A stretch of DNA of 64,000 nt from Alphaproteobacteria bacterium (lineage in GTDB: Bacteria; Pseudomonadota; Alphaproteobacteria; UBA828): contig CBDCRW010000003.1 in NCBI GenBank assembly GCA_965221125.1, forward strand, positions 96,001 through 160,000. Reading direction: 5' to 3'. Made by a program: the position numbers and the translations under genes. Below the pieces are notes generated by a model. That model did no database searches, had not been told where the DNA came from, and worked only from the letters and a program-made list of their open reading frames with translations. How positions within the stretch are numbered: position 1 is the stretch's first letter; every line of letters starts with the position of its first letter. Below, piece by piece: positions 1-10,195 of the stretch.

Positions 1-1370
1 TCGTCAAATTATCCATGCAACCTCACTATGGCGCCGGTACCGCCGTTTACGAAGTCCGCCCATGCTTGCATGAGAACGCGGCGTCGTTCGAACACGTCGC
101 TTCGGAAGTAGGCTCCTTCAACGCCACCCACGGTGTGCGCCAGCGCCGCCTCGGCAAGCTCACGCGGCTTGCCCATGTCCGCACACCAGTCTCTGAAACC
201 TGACCGGAGACCATGCACCACCGTCTTCTCGGCGAGGCCAGTCGTTCGCAAGACCTTGGTGAGGGACATGTCCGACAGGGGACGGTTCGTCGAGCGTGGC
301 GAGGGAAAGACGAGACCCTGCCCACCGCTCAGCGGGCGCGCCTGTTCCAGCACCTCGAGAGCCGCGTCGCTCAGCGGCACGCGGTGTTCGGCACCACTCT
401 TCATGCGCGATGCCGGTATGGTCCACGTCGCCGACGCCACGTCTACCTCGCTCCACTCGGCAAGGCGGACCTCGCCGCTGCGGCAGGCGGTCAGCACAAC
501 GAACTTCAGCGACAGTTTGGCTGCCAGGGATGCCCTTGACGCTTCCACGGTATCGAGCGCCGCGGCGACCTCGCGATAGGGCAGAGCCCGAAAGTGTGCC
601 TTCACGGCCGGCTGGCGCGGCAACGCGCCGTCGATGGCCTCGCCCGCGACGTTGGTCTGGACGTGCCCATGAGCTTCAGCCCAACGGAGGGTCGCGCGGA
701 CTCGCTGGCGCACCTTGCGACCGACCTCCGGCTTGCTGGTCCAAATCTGAGTCAGCACCCGCAGCACGTCTTCGCGCCCGATGCGGTCAACCGCCATGTC
801 GCCGATGACCGGGAATGCGTGCCGCTCCAATTGCTGAAGCCAGTTCGTCGTGACCTTGGCGTTGCGCCAACGCGGCCGATTCGCCTCGAACGTCGCCTCG
901 GCCGCCGCCCGAAAGGTCGGCACCCGGGCCTTGCGCTTCGCCGCCAGCGGGTCGCCTCCCCGCCGTGCCAGCCGTCGGTTCTCGAATGCCGCCTCGCGTG
1001 CTTCGGTGAGTGTCGTGAGCGGCCAGCCGCCCAACCCAATGTCGCGGCGCTTGCCGTCGATGGCGAGCCGCTGAATCCACGATTTCGAACCACCGCGCGC
1101 CACGCGCAGAAAAAGTGTGCCGCCGTCGCCGTACATGCCGGGCTTGGTGAGCACCCGAATCTTCGCGACTGTCAGCTTCGCCATGCCTCGAATTCCCACC
1201 CGGATTGGACGCCGGGCAAGAGGGATTTGCCCCCACCCCACGTCTTACCCAACGTGATGCGTAGGACAGCGCGAGAATCGCACGGAATGCTCAAGCACAG
1301 GATATCGGCCAATTGACTGATTTATAATGGATATTGGAATATACGGGAACGTATGAAACTGGCAGGCGGT
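1..1370. mobile_element. Edge of a tRNA-Thr-integrated genomic island/prophage-like element extending left out of the window
   Basis: Integrase adjacent to the tRNA 3' end with an AT-rich spacer (about 1290-1360); the second att site is not in the window. Confidence 0.7.
9..1184 (-). CDS. P4-like tyrosine recombinase/integrase (N-terminal arm-binding domain)
   Basis: N-terminal motif KPGMYGDGGTLFLRV..GSKSWIQR..IDGKRRDIGLG; catalytic motifs R (TACRSGE), K (MKSG), HxxR (VHGLRS), H (ALAHT) and Y (GAYFRSD) all present. ATG at 1184 chosen; gene lies just downstream of tRNA-Thr on the same strand. Confidence 0.95.
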   Translation of the reverse strand: MAKLTVAKIRVLTKPGMYGDGGTLFLRVARGGSKSWIQRLAIDGKRRDIGLGGWPLTTLTEAREAAFENRRLARRGGDPLAAKRKARVPTFRAAAEATFEANRPRWRNAKVTTNWLQQLERHAFPVIGDMAVDRIGREDVLRVLTQIWTSKPEVGRKVRQRVRATLRWAEAHGHVQTNVAGEAIDGALPRQPAVKAHFRALPYREVAAALDTVEASRASLAAKLSLKFVVLTACRSGEVRLAEWSEVDVASATWTIPASRMKSGAEHRVPLSDAALEVLEQARPLSGGQGLVFPSPRSTNRPLSDMSLTKVLRTTGLAEKTVVHGLRSGFRDWCADMGKPRELAEAALAHTVGGVEGAYFRSDVFERRRVLMQAWADFVNGGTGAIVRLHG

Positions 1371-1442
1371 GCCGCAGGAGAGATTCGAACTCCCGACCCA
1401 TGCATTACGAATGCATTGCTCTACCGACTGAGCTACTGCGGC
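1370..1442 (-). tRNA. tRNA-Thr(CGT)
   Basis: Reverse complement GCCGCAGTAGCTCAGTCGGTAGAGCA-ATGCA-TTCGTAA-TGCAT-GGGTCGGGAGTTCGAATCTCTCCTGCGGCA forms a cloverleaf with anticodon CGT; followed by CCG, not CCA. Confidence 0.95.
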
Positions 1443-1527
1443 CCGGTCCCGTGCCGGACTATCGTCAAGCCGGCCTGCGTTGTAAAGGCGCCAGTGGCGC
1501 GCCCTCCGGTCAGCACCCTGCCTGCGC

Positions 1528-2916
1528 TCAGCCGGCAGCGGAGCGGGCGGCGGCGGGCGGCGCGGGCGCTTCGACGCCGGCGTCATCCTCGGCCACGGGG
1601 GTGTCCAGCGGGAGAGCGCTCGCCTCGGCCTGGGGCGGTGTGCGCCACTCGATCGAATCGAAGGCGCCGCAGCGGTCGCAGACGATGGACCATGCGGGGC
1701 TCGCGCTGGCGCAGCGTGCGCAGATCCAGCCCGGATCGGGTGGCGCCTCGCTCGCTTGCCGAAGGTGCCGGCGGACAGCCTCGCCGTCCCCGGTCTCGGC
1801 TTCCTCCAGGCGCGCCAGCAGGCGATAGACGCCGGCGGTGGGGCGCGCGGCGACGGCGCGCTCCAGGTGCCGGCGCGCCGTTCCCCACTGCTTCGCGTCA
1901 AGCGCCTGGTTCGCAAGCAGCAGCAGACTCTCCGGCTCGTCGCGGTTGTCGGCCACCAGCGTCTCGACCCGCTTCAGCCGCTCCGCGGCGCTCCGGTCCA
2001 CTTGTAAAGCGAGGAAGAGCCGGCCGAGCGCCGGGTGCGGGCAATGGCGCCACGCCTCCGTGACCGCACGCTGCGCCGCGCCGTCGCGGCCCGCTTCCTT
2101 GGCGAGGCCGGAACTCAGCAGCGCCGCCGGCAGGAAGGACACGTCCGCCGCCCGCGCCTCGTCGGCGACGCGGAGCGCATCCTTGACCTCGCCCTGCTCG
2201 CGCAGCGCACGCGCACGCTCGAAGAGCAGCCCCGCCTCGCGGCGGCGGCCCACCTCCTCGCTCACCGCGCCGTGGCGGCGCGCCCGCTTCACCGTGGCGA
2301 GCGCGTCGGACCAGCGGCCTGCCCGCGTCTGCATCTCCAGCAGCGCCGTCAGCACCCAGGGCGTCTCCGGCCTGAGCGCGAAGGCGCGCTCCGCCAGCTC
2401 GAGCGCCCTGGCAGTATCGCCGGTCCGCTCGGCCTGAACGAGCAGGCCGCGCAGCCCGAGAAACGCCGTCGCCGGCTGATCGAGCATGGCCTCGAAGTAG
2501 CCGCGCGCGGCCTGATCGTCGCCCTCCAGCTGCGCCGCCTGCGCCGAGAGCAGCAGCGTGAGTGGCGGCTCGTCCAGCATCAGATTGGCGCGGCGCGCGA
2601 GCCTGCGCGCGCGCTTGGGATCGCCCGCCGCGGCGGCGACCAGGCCCTGCGTGAGCGCACGGTAGCCGAGCCGCTCGCGGCGGCGGCGGCGTGCCAGGGC
2701 GACGCGGCGGGGGCCGATCCAGACGAAGCGCACGACGGCGGCGATCACCAGGACAACAGCAGCAGCCACGGCGATCGCCGCCGCGAGCACCCCCGGCGAG
2801 GTCTCGACCACGTAGTCGCCCCAGGCGATCACGACGCTGCCGGGCGGCTCCGAGATCCAGGTGGCGGCCGCGGCGACGACGATCACCGCGACGACGAAGG
2901 CGACGATCCGAATCAT
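1528..2916 (-). CDS. HemY N-terminal domain/TPR membrane protein (alphaproteobacterial hemY-like)
   Basis: Two N-terminal TM segments, GLVAAAAGD and PLTLLLSAQAAQLEGD motifs, TPR-like helices, C-terminal CxxC..CxxC; last gene of the hemC-hemD-mitofilin operon. Confidence 0.85.
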   Translation of the reverse strand: MIRIVAFVVAVIVVAAAATWISEPPGSVVIAWGDYVVETSPGVLAAAIAVAAAVVLVIAAVVRFVWIGPRRVALARRRRRERLGYRALTQGLVAAAAGDPKRARRLARRANLMLDEPPLTLLLSAQAAQLEGDDQAARGYFEAMLDQPATAFLGLRGLLVQAERTGDTARALELAERAFALRPETPWVLTALLEMQTRAGRWSDALATVKRARRHGAVSEEVGRRREAGLLFERARALREQGEVKDALRVADEARAADVSFLPAALLSSGLAKEAGRDGAAQRAVTEAWRHCPHPALGRLFLALQVDRSAAERLKRVETLVADNRDEPESLLLLANQALDAKQWGTARRHLERAVAARPTAGVYRLLARLEEAETGDGEAVRRHLRQASEAPPDPGWICARCASASPAWSIVCDRCGAFDSIEWRTPPQAEASALPLDTPVAEDDAGVEAPAPPAAARSAAG

Positions 2917-4415
2917 TGCGCCCCGCCAGCGGATGCCCAGCGGGCGCCAATGCGCGCGTGAACGATGGCGACGAGGCCAGAAAGAGCGTCGTCCGCCTCG
3001 GCGCGCGAGCGGGCGTCGCGCAGCCAGGCGTCCGCACGTTCGGCACCGTCGGCCTCGGGCATCAGCGCCTCGACGATGCCGACGGCCCGCGCGAGATCGC
3101 CGTCCACGAGCGCCGATTCGGCCTCGACGAGGCGGCCGTCGAGGCTGGCGGGATCGATGGCGCCGCCGGTGCGGCGGATCGTCACGAGCTGGCTCAACCT
3201 GGTGACGGTCTCGTCGATCCAGTCGGAGTCTTCGGCCGCCGGGGCGGCCCGGACGATGGCGTTGGCGGCCGCAGGAAAGCGCGCCTTCAGCCCGTCGAGC
3301 GTCGGCACGCCCGTGGCGGCGAAGGGCGCGAGCCGCGCCAGCGCGCTCTCGATCTCCGCATCCGCGCCGGCGACGCCGCGAACCGCGTCGAGCACGGGCG
3401 CGAAGGGCCGGGCCGAGCCGAGCGCCGCCGTAAGGTCGCCGGTGGCCAGCACCAGGCCGACCAGATGCCCGTCGGCGGCGGACTGCAGGGTCGCGTCCTC
3501 CTCGAAGCGCGCGAGCCGCGCGGTGACCTCGGCGAGCGCGGCCTCCAGCGCGGCCCGCTGCTCCTCCCAGGCGGCCAGCGCGCGGTCGAACGCCTCCCGC
3601 GCCGGGTTCTGCTCGAGAGCCTGAACCCGCCGCTCCAGGGCCGTCAGCGCGGCGCCCGCGCCCGAGGCATCGGCGGCGCCGGCCTCCAGCGCATCCAGCC
3701 GGGCGTCGAGCGTGCCGAGCGCGTCGGCCTCACCGTCGTTCGGAGTAGGCGGTGGCGCGAGAGGTTCGGCGTCGGCAGCGGTTGCCGCATCGGCAGCCAC
3801 ATCTGCAACGTGAGCGGCCGGGGCTTGTGCGTCGTCTTGCTCTGACGCCGCCAGCGCGGTTACCTCCGGACTCTGGTCGGCGAGTGCCGAGGATGGCGAC
3901 GGAGGATCGGGAGCGGGCGCGGTCGGTTCAGCTTCAGTAACGACCGGCGGGTCGGACTCGTCCGCCTGCGGTGCGGCAGCGGGTGCCGAATTCTCCAGGG
4001 GCTCGGCCCTGGCCCCGCCCCCGGCTTCGTCCTCCGCCACGACGAGCGGCGTGTCCTCTCCGTCGACAGGCGGGGGACCGGACGCTCCCTCGTCCGTCGA
4101 ACCGCCGCCGGCCTGCTCGGCAATGGGTGCTCCCGTGGCTGTGGCTCCTGCAACCTCCGGGGCTTCGCCCGTGCCCAGGATTTCGTCTCCGACCGTGGCC
4201 CACGCGGCGTAGAGGCCGACGCAGACCAGAGCCGCCGCCAACCCCCAGACGACCGCCTGCGGGACGCGGCGGGGCGGCGGGCGCTCCGGCTGCCCCGCGG
4301 GAGCCTCGGCCGAGCCCGAGTCGTCCGTGCTCTCTGCCGCGGGCAACCGCCATATCGGTGTCGGCCGGCTGCCGCCCCGGGGCGGCTCCTTGCCATCGTC
4401 CTTTCGCGCCGCCAT
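2913..4415 (-). CDS. Mitofilin/Mic60-like (COG4223) inner membrane protein
   Basis: Single N-terminal TM, long acidic/Pro-rich linker, coiled coil, C-terminal [33 protein letters not shown] mitofilin-type domain; position between hemD and hemY. Confidence 0.8.
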   Translation of the reverse strand: MAARKDDGKEPPRGGSRPTPIWRLPAAESTDDSGSAEAPAGQPERPPPRRVPQAVVWGLAAALVCVGLYAAWATVGDEILGTGEAPEVAGATATGAPIAEQAGGGSTDEGASGPPPVDGEDTPLVVAEDEAGGGARAEPLENSAPAAAPQADESDPPVVTEAEPTAPAPDPPSPSSALADQSPEVTALAASEQDDAQAPAAHVADVAADAATAADAEPLAPPPTPNDGEADALGTLDARLDALEAGAADASGAGAALTALERRVQALEQNPAREAFDRALAAWEEQRAALEAALAEVTARLARFEEDATLQSAADGHLVGLVLATGDLTAALGSARPFAPVLDAVRGVAGADAEIESALARLAPFAATGVPTLDGLKARFPAAANAIVRAAPAAEDSDWIDETVTRLSQLVTIRRTGGAIDPASLDGRLVEAESALVDGDLARAVGIVEALMPEADGAERADAWLRDARSRAEADDALSGLVAIVHARIGARWASAGGAQ

Positions 4416-4430
4416 CCGTCTCTCGCCGCG

Positions 4431-5174
4431 CTATTCGCGCCCCGGCGCGCATGCGTCGACCACGCACGCGACGAGGGCCTCCTGTCGCGGCCGAGCGGCC
4501 ACGCAGACTCGCTTCCAGGACAGGGTTTCTACCGCCACGGCCACCGCCTGGCTCAGGCAGAACGCGGTGAGCGCCCGCGCCGTCGTTTCAAGCCTCGACT
4601 CGCGCAGGAGCTTAGCAAAGAGCCGCGCCGTACGGGGAGAGAAAAAGGCAACGCCGGCGAGGGTTTGCGCCTGCAAGGCTTGGCGGGCCGGCGGCGAAAG
4701 CGCGCCCACGGCAACCGCGTCGTAGAGCGGCACGCGCTCAGCCTCGAAGCCGGCGGCGCTGAGCCGGGCCGCGAGATCGCCCGTGCTGACCCGGCCGGCC
4801 ACGTGGACGAGGCGGCCTGCGTCGGGGCGGAGCCGGGCCGCAGCCAGCGCCGCGAGCCCGTCCACGTCGCCGTGGGCTGCCGCTACCGTGTCGAAGCCGG
4901 CGTCGCGGGCGGCCTGGGCCGTCGCGCAGCCAACCGAGAAAACCGGCACGCGCCGCGCCGCCTCTGCGGGGGTCGCCGCCGCGAGCGCCCGTGCGCCGTT
5001 CGCGCTGGTGAGCAGAATCGCCTGCACGCCGGACAGATCGAGCCGCGCCGCTCTATCGAATCGGATCGTCATCATGGGCTCGATCAGCGCCGATACGCCG
5101 TGATGAGCCAGGACCTCCGCGAGGGCGAGCGAGTCCTCGCGCGGACGGGTGAGCAGCAGGCGGGGGCCGCTCAC
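4431..5174 (-). CDS. hemD: Uroporphyrinogen-III synthase
   Basis: [27 protein letters not shown] motifs; GTG start overlaps the hemC stop (GTGA). Confidence 0.92.
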   Translation of the reverse strand: MSGPRLLLTRPREDSLALAEVLAHHGVSALIEPMMTIRFDRAARLDLSGVQAILLTSANGARALAAATPAEAARRVPVFSVGCATAQAARDAGFDTVAAAHGDVDGLAALAAARLRPDAGRLVHVAGRVSTGDLAARLSAAGFEAERVPLYDAVAVGALSPPARQALQAQTLAGVAFFSPRTARLFAKLLRESRLETTARALTAFCLSQAVAVAVETLSWKRVCVAARPRQEALVACVVDACAPGRE

Positions 5175-6115
5175 GGCTCGAACCAGCCGGGCCCGCAGGC
5201 CGCACGCAGCGCGGCGCCCGCGTCGCGGCCGATGGCCAGCGCATCCGCCACAGCGCCGGTGCGCTCGATGCGGTGGCAGACGCTGCCGTCGGGCTTCGCG
5301 ATCAGGGCATCGAGGCGAAGCTGCCCCGCGCCGTCCGGCACGGCGAGGCCGGCGATCGGCATGCGGCAGGAGCCGTCCAGAACCTCCAGCAACGCCCGCT
5401 CGCACTGGACCGCGGCGGTCGTCGCCGGATCGACGATGGGCTGCAGCATCGCCTTCACGCTGTCGTCGCCGGTCCGGCATTCGATGCCGAGCGCGCCCTG
5501 GCCGACCGCCGGCAGCATGTCGTCCGGCGCGAGCACCGCCATCCCTGCGACGTCCTCGCCGAGCCGCTTGAGGCCCGCGAGGGCCAGCAGCGTCGCGTCG
5601 GCCTCGCCATCGGCCACCTTGCGCATCCGGGTGCCGACGTTGCCCCGCATCGGCACGATGGCGATGTCGGGACGGCGCGCGAGAACTTGCGCCTGGCGGC
5701 GGAGCGACCCGGTGCCGACCCGCGCGCCCTGCGGCAGGTCGGCGAGGCTGGCTGCGCCCGGCAGGCCGCGCGCGATCAGCACGTCGCGCGGGTCCTCCCG
5801 CGCTGGCATCGCGGCGATCTCCAGCCCCCCCGGCAGCCACGTCGGCACGTCCTTCATCGAGTGCACGGCGAGATCGATGCGCCGGTCCAGCAGCGCCTCC
5901 TCGATCTCCTTCGTGAAGAGCCCCTTGCCGCCGATCTCGGCAAGCGGGCGGTCGACGATGCGATCGCCCGAGGTGGTGATGACGGTGGTGCGCAGCGCGC
6001 CGTCCTCGGCCAGCGCGGGATGGGCCGCCACGAGCTGGGCGCAGACGTGGCGGGTCTGGGCGATGGCGAGCGGGCTGCCCCGCGTCCCGACGACTATTGG
6101 CAGGCGCACGTCCAA
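5171..6115 (-). CDS. hemC: Hydroxymethylbilane synthase (porphobilinogen deaminase)
   Basis: [38 protein letters not shown] motifs; start is TTG 6115 or GTG 6109. Confidence 0.95.
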   Translation of the reverse strand: MDVRLPIVVGTRGSPLAIAQTRHVCAQLVAAHPALAEDGALRTTVITTSGDRIVDRPLAEIGGKGLFTKEIEEALLDRRIDLAVHSMKDVPTWLPGGLEIAAMPAREDPRDVLIARGLPGAASLADLPQGARVGTGSLRRQAQVLARRPDIAIVPMRGNVGTRMRKVADGEADATLLALAGLKRLGEDVAGMAVLAPDDMLPAVGQGALGIECRTGDDSVKAMLQPIVDPATTAAVQCERALLEVLDGSCRMPIAGLAVPDGAGQLRLDALIAKPDGSVCHRIERTGAVADALAIGRDAGAALRAACGPGWFEP

Positions 6116-6239
6116 TACACCGAGTCGGTGTGGCCCGCCCCTTCTACACAGGGCGCTGCGGCGATGCGAGCGCTTTTCCTCCTGTCGTTGCGCTATGGGC
6201 CGTTGCGATCGCCGCCGCCGCCCGCTATGTGCTCGGCCC

Positions 6240-7313
6240 ATGATCGTCCTCGGCATCGAGACGAGCTGCGACGAAACGGCGGCCGCTGTGGTGACCGGCG
6301 AGCGCGCCATGCTGGCCAACCTCGTGCTCTCCCAGTGCGCCGACCACGCGCCCTACGGCGGCGTGGTGCCGGAGATCGCGGCGCGCAGCCACGTCGAGCA
6401 CCTGGACGGGCTCATCGCCCGCGCCATGGACGAGGCCGGCGTGGAATTTGCCGACCTGGACGGCGTGGCGGCGACCGCCGGCCCCGGCCTGATCGGCGCG
6501 GTCATGGTCGGGCTGATGACGGGCAAGGCGATCGCCGCCGTCCACGACAAGCCGCTGCTCGCCGTCAATCACCTGGAGGGGCACGCGCTCAGCCCGAGGC
6601 TGGTTGCCGAGGATCTGGACTTCCCCTACCTGCTTCTCCTGGTCTCGGGCGGGCACTGCCAGCTGCTGCTCGTGGACGAGGTGAGCAGCTACAGGCGGCT
6701 CGGCACCACCATCGACGACGCGGTGGGCGAAGCCTTCGACAAGGCGGCGATGCTGCTTGGACTCGGCTATCCGGGGGGGCCGGCGATCGAGCGCGCGGCG
6801 CGGGACGGCGACCCGGCGCGCATCGCCCTGCCCCGCCCGCTGGCCGGCCGGCCGGGCTGCGATTTCTCGTTCTCGGGCCTGAAGACCGCCGTGCTCCACG
6901 CCATCCAGGCGCTGGGCGCGCCCACGGACCGCGACCGCGCCGACATTGCCGCGTCGTTTCAGCGGGCGGTCACCGACGTGCTGGCGGACCGCACGGCAAA
7001 CGCCATCGCCATGCTGCGCGAGTCGAACGTGGAGCCGACGGCCCTGGTGGTGGCAGGGGGCGTCGCGGCCAACGGCGAGATCCGGCGGCGCATCGAGTCG
7101 CTGGCGGAAAACCGGGGCCTCGCCCTCGACATCCCGCCGCCCAGGCTGTGCACCGACAATGCGGCCATGATCGCCTGGGCCGGGATCGAGCGCCTGACGC
7201 GCGGCCTGGTCGACCCGCTTGACGCATCGCCCCGCGCGCGCTGGCCCCTCGACGAGGACGCCGGGCTCGCCGAGGGCGCCGGCGTGCCGGGACGGCTGGG
7301 GCGGCGGGCCTGA
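6240..7313 (+). CDS. tsaD: tRNA N6-adenosine threonylcarbamoyltransferase
   Basis: [53 protein letters not shown]; divergent from hemC. Confidence 0.96.
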   Translation: MIVLGIETSCDETAAAVVTGERAMLANLVLSQCADHAPYGGVVPEIAARSHVEHLDGLIARAMDEAGVEFADLDGVAATAGPGLIGAVMVGLMTGKAIAAVHDKPLLAVNHLEGHALSPRLVAEDLDFPYLLLLVSGGHCQLLLVDEVSSYRRLGTTIDDAVGEAFDKAAMLLGLGYPGGPAIERAARDGDPARIALPRPLAGRPGCDFSFSGLKTAVLHAIQALGAPTDRDRADIAASFQRAVTDVLADRTANAIAMLRESNVEPTALVVAGGVAANGEIRRRIESLAENRGLALDIPPPRLCTDNAAMIAWAGIERLTRGLVDPLDASPRARWPLDEDAGLAEGAGVPGRLGRRA

Positions 7314-7323
7314 CCCCTGAGGT

Positions 7324-8151
7324 TTACAAGTCGCCGGCGCAGCGGAAGCCCACCATGTCGAGGCCGATGTCCGGCGGGTTCTTGTGGCGGTAGCTGACGC
7401 GAAGGCAGAACGGATTGTTGCCCCAGCCGCCGCCACGAATGACGTACTTGCCGCTGTCGCCGTCGGGGCTCGACGTCCATTCCCAGACGTTGCCGGCCAT
7501 GTCGTGAAGGCCGAAGGGCGAGACGCCGGCGGGATAGGAGCCGACCGGCGCGGTCTCGTGGTAGCCGTCGGTCATGTCCGCCGCGCAGCACTTGTTGGCG
7601 CCGTAGTTCGCGCGCCTCGTGCCGCCCTCGTCCGGCGCCGCCCCGCCCCAGGGGAAGATGCGCCCGTCCGTGCCGCGCGCGGCGAACTCCCACTCCTCCT
7701 CGCTCGGCAAGCGAAGGCCGTAGTAGCGGCAGAAGGCGCGGGCGTCGTTCCAGCTCACCTGCACGACCGGGTGATCGCCCAGGCCGATCAGGTCCGACGC
7801 CGGCCCGCTGCGATGGCGCCAGTCGGCGCCCGGCACCCTGGTCCAGCGGCCGGGCCAGACGTAGCCGAAGCCGCGCCGCTCGGGATCGGTGACGTGGCCG
7901 GTCTCGGCGGCGAAGGCGGCGAACTGGGCGTTGGTCACCTCGAAGCGCATGAGCTGGAACGGCGCCACCGTGACAGGTCGGGGCGCCTCGTCGGGCCGGC
8001 CGTCGGGATCGCCCGCCTCGAAGCTGCCGGCCGGGATCGCGACCATCTCGAAGGCGGTCTCGGCCTGACCCGCCGATACGGGCAGCGCAGCAAGTGGGAG
8101 CACGGCCGCCACGACGAGCACCGCTCCGAGTCGCGCCGCTCCCTGGATCAC
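7324..8151 (-). CDS. Exported formylglycine-generating enzyme (SUMF1/EgtB/PvdO)-family protein
   Basis: FEVTNAQFAAF, HPVVQVSWNDARAFC, LRLPSEEEWEFAARG, GLHDMAGNVWEW, GFRC; GTG 8151 preceded by GGAGGAGG; N-terminal signal peptide. Confidence 0.88.
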   Translation of the reverse strand: MIQGAARLGAVLVVAAVLPLAALPVSAGQAETAFEMVAIPAGSFEAGDPDGRPDEAPRPVTVAPFQLMRFEVTNAQFAAFAAETGHVTDPERRGFGYVWPGRWTRVPGADWRHRSGPASDLIGLGDHPVVQVSWNDARAFCRYYGLRLPSEEEWEFAARGTDGRIFPWGGAAPDEGGTRRANYGANKCCAADMTDGYHETAPVGSYPAGVSPFGLHDMAGNVWEWTSSPDGDSGKYVIRGGGWGNNPFCLRVSYRHKNPPDIGLDMVGFRCAGDL

Positions 8152-8192
8152 GCCCCCTCCTCCCGCCGCCGCCGGGCGGTCGGCAGCCGGCC

Positions 8193-8224
8193 GTCGTTCC
8201 GGCATAGTGTCGTTCCGGCATAGT
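8193..8224. repeat. Perfect 16-bp tandem duplication GTCGTTCCGGCATAGT x2
   Basis: Copies at 8193-8208 and 8209-8224 in the divergent intergenic region. Confidence 0.9.
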
Positions 8225-8274
8225 ATCGGTAGCCGCCAGTGGAGTCGGAAGAAACTGCCGGCAGGGAGAGACGC

Positions 8275-9141
8275 ATGGTGAGTGTTCCGATCGTCGACGC
8301 CCACGTTCATCTCTACGACACGCGACAGTTCCCCTACGCGTGGATGAAGGACGTGCCGAAGCTCGACAAGCCCCATCTGCCGGCCGACTACCGTGCCGCC
8401 ATCGGCAAGGCCCCGGTCGAGCAGGTCGTGTTCGTGGAGGTCTGGATCGACACGCCGCATCAGATGGCCGAGGCCGAGTGGGTCTCGGGGCTGTTCGAGT
8501 CGGTGCCGGAGCTGCGGGGAATCGTCGCGGCCGTGCCGCTAGAAGACGGCGCCGGGGCGGAAGGCGCAGTGGCCCGGCTCGCGGAGATGGAGCACGTGAA
8601 GGCGGTGCGCCGGCTGATCGAGTTCGAGCCGGACGTCGATTTCTGCCTGCAGCCGGGCTTCGTCGAAGGCGTCAAGCTGCTGGCCAAGTACGACCTCAGC
8701 TTCGACATCTGCGTGAAGCACTTTCAGCTCGCCAACGCCGTGGAGCTGGTGCGGCGCTGCCCCGAGGTCCGCTTCGTGCTCGACCACATCGGCAAGCCGC
8801 CGATCCGGGCGGGGGAGTTCGACCCGTGGCGCGAAAATATTCGCGCCATGGCGGCGCTGCCCAACGTCTGCTGCAAGATTTCGGGCGTCATCACCGAGGC
8901 GGATCACGACAACTGGACGCGCGAGCACGTGCGGCCTTACCTGGATCACGCCATCGAGGCGTTCGGGATCGATCGCGTGATGTTCGGCAGCGACTGGTCG
9001 GTGTCCGAGCTCACGCACGCTTACGAGGAGTGGGTGGATATCGTCGAGTGGACGATGAGCGGCAGCTCCGAGGGCGAAATGAGGAAGCTGTTCCGCGACA
9101 ACGCGATTTCGTTCTACCGCTTGCCGCAGACCGGAGACTGA
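8275..9141 (+). CDS. Amidohydrolase_2 family protein (sugar-lactonase-like)
   Basis: IVDAHVH metal motif, VLDHIGKP, CKISG, MFGSDW; ATG 8275 after GGGAGAG. Confidence 0.88.
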   Translation: MVSVPIVDAHVHLYDTRQFPYAWMKDVPKLDKPHLPADYRAAIGKAPVEQVVFVEVWIDTPHQMAEAEWVSGLFESVPELRGIVAAVPLEDGAGAEGAVARLAEMEHVKAVRRLIEFEPDVDFCLQPGFVEGVKLLAKYDLSFDICVKHFQLANAVELVRRCPEVRFVLDHIGKPPIRAGEFDPWRENIRAMAALPNVCCKISGVITEADHDNWTREHVRPYLDHAIEAFGIDRVMFGSDWSVSELTHAYEEWVDIVEWTMSGSSEGEMRKLFRDNAISFYRLPQTGD

Positions 9142-9181
9142 GCGTCATGAGGCTGGGACTCCTCAAGTTCGGGGCGGCGCG

Positions 9182-10195
9182 ATGAAGCGCATCGGCGTAA
9201 TTGGCGGCGGCGCGTGGGGCACGGCGCTCGCGACAGTCGCGGCGCGCGCCGGCCGCGCGGTGACGCTCTGGGCGCGCGAGACGGACGTGGTCGAGTCCAT
9301 CGACGCGCGTCACGAGAACCGGCGCTTTCTGCCCGGCATCGGCCTGGACCCGGCCATGCGCGCGACCGACGATCTGCGCGAGGCGGCGCGCGCCGATCTC
9401 CTGCTCCTGGTCACGCCGGCGCAGAACCTCGCGGCCATCGTGGACGAGCTTGCCCAGGCTGCGGAGGACCTGCCGCCCTGCGTGGTCTGCGCCAAGGGGA
9501 TCGAGCGCCAGACCGGCGCGCTCATGAGCGAGGCCGTGCGCCGGGCCGCGCCGGGGCTGCCGCTCGCCGTGCTCTCCGGCCCCACCTTCGCGCGCGAGGT
9601 GGCGACGGGCCTCCCCGCCGCAGTCTCGCTCGCCTGCGAGGACGCCCGCCTGGGCAGGGCCGTGGTCGATGCGCTGGGCGGCCCGGCCTTCCGCCCCTAT
9701 CTCACGGACGATCTGATCGGCGTGCAGATCGGCGGCGCGGTCAAGAACGTGATCGCCATCGCCGCCGGCATCGCCGTGGGCCGGGGTCTGGGGGACAACG
9801 CGCGCGCCGCCATCGTCGCGCGGGGCTTCGCCGAGCTTACGCGCCTCGCCGCCGCCAAGGGCGCGCGGCCGGAGACCCTGGCCGGGCTCTCCGGGCTCGG
9901 CGACCTCGTGCTGACCTGCACCAGCGATCAGTCGCGCAACTACACCTTCGGCATCGCGCTCGGACGGGGTGAGTCGCCCGCAACGGTTCTCGATGCCCGC
10001 GAGGCGGTCACCGAAGGCGTGACGAGCGCGCCGGCCATCGTGACGCTGGCATCGACGCTCGGGGTCGAGATGCCGATCGCCGGCGCGGTGCACGCGGTGC
10101 TTCACCGGGGCGCATCGGTCGACGACGCCATCGGCGGGCTGCTCGCACGCCCCTTCAAGCCCGAAGCCGGCGCCGGCCGCGGCGACGGCCGCTAG
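9182..10195 (+). CDS. gpsA: NAD(P)H-dependent glycerol-3-phosphate dehydrogenase
   Basis: GGGAWGTALA, LSGPTFAREV, GGAVKNVIAIA, GLSGLGDLVLTC..QSRN. Confidence 0.96.
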   Translation: MKRIGVIGGGAWGTALATVAARAGRAVTLWARETDVVESIDARHENRRFLPGIGLDPAMRATDDLREAARADLLLLVTPAQNLAAIVDELAQAAEDLPPCVVCAKGIERQTGALMSEAVRRAAPGLPLAVLSGPTFAREVATGLPAAVSLACEDARLGRAVVDALGGPAFRPYLTDDLIGVQIGGAVKNVIAIAAGIAVGRGLGDNARAAIVARGFAELTRLAAAKGARPETLAGLSGLGDLVLTCTSDQSRNYTFGIALGRGESPATVLDAREAVTEGVTSAPAIVTLASTLGVEMPIAGAVHAVLHRGASVDDAIGGLLARPFKPEAGAGRGDGR

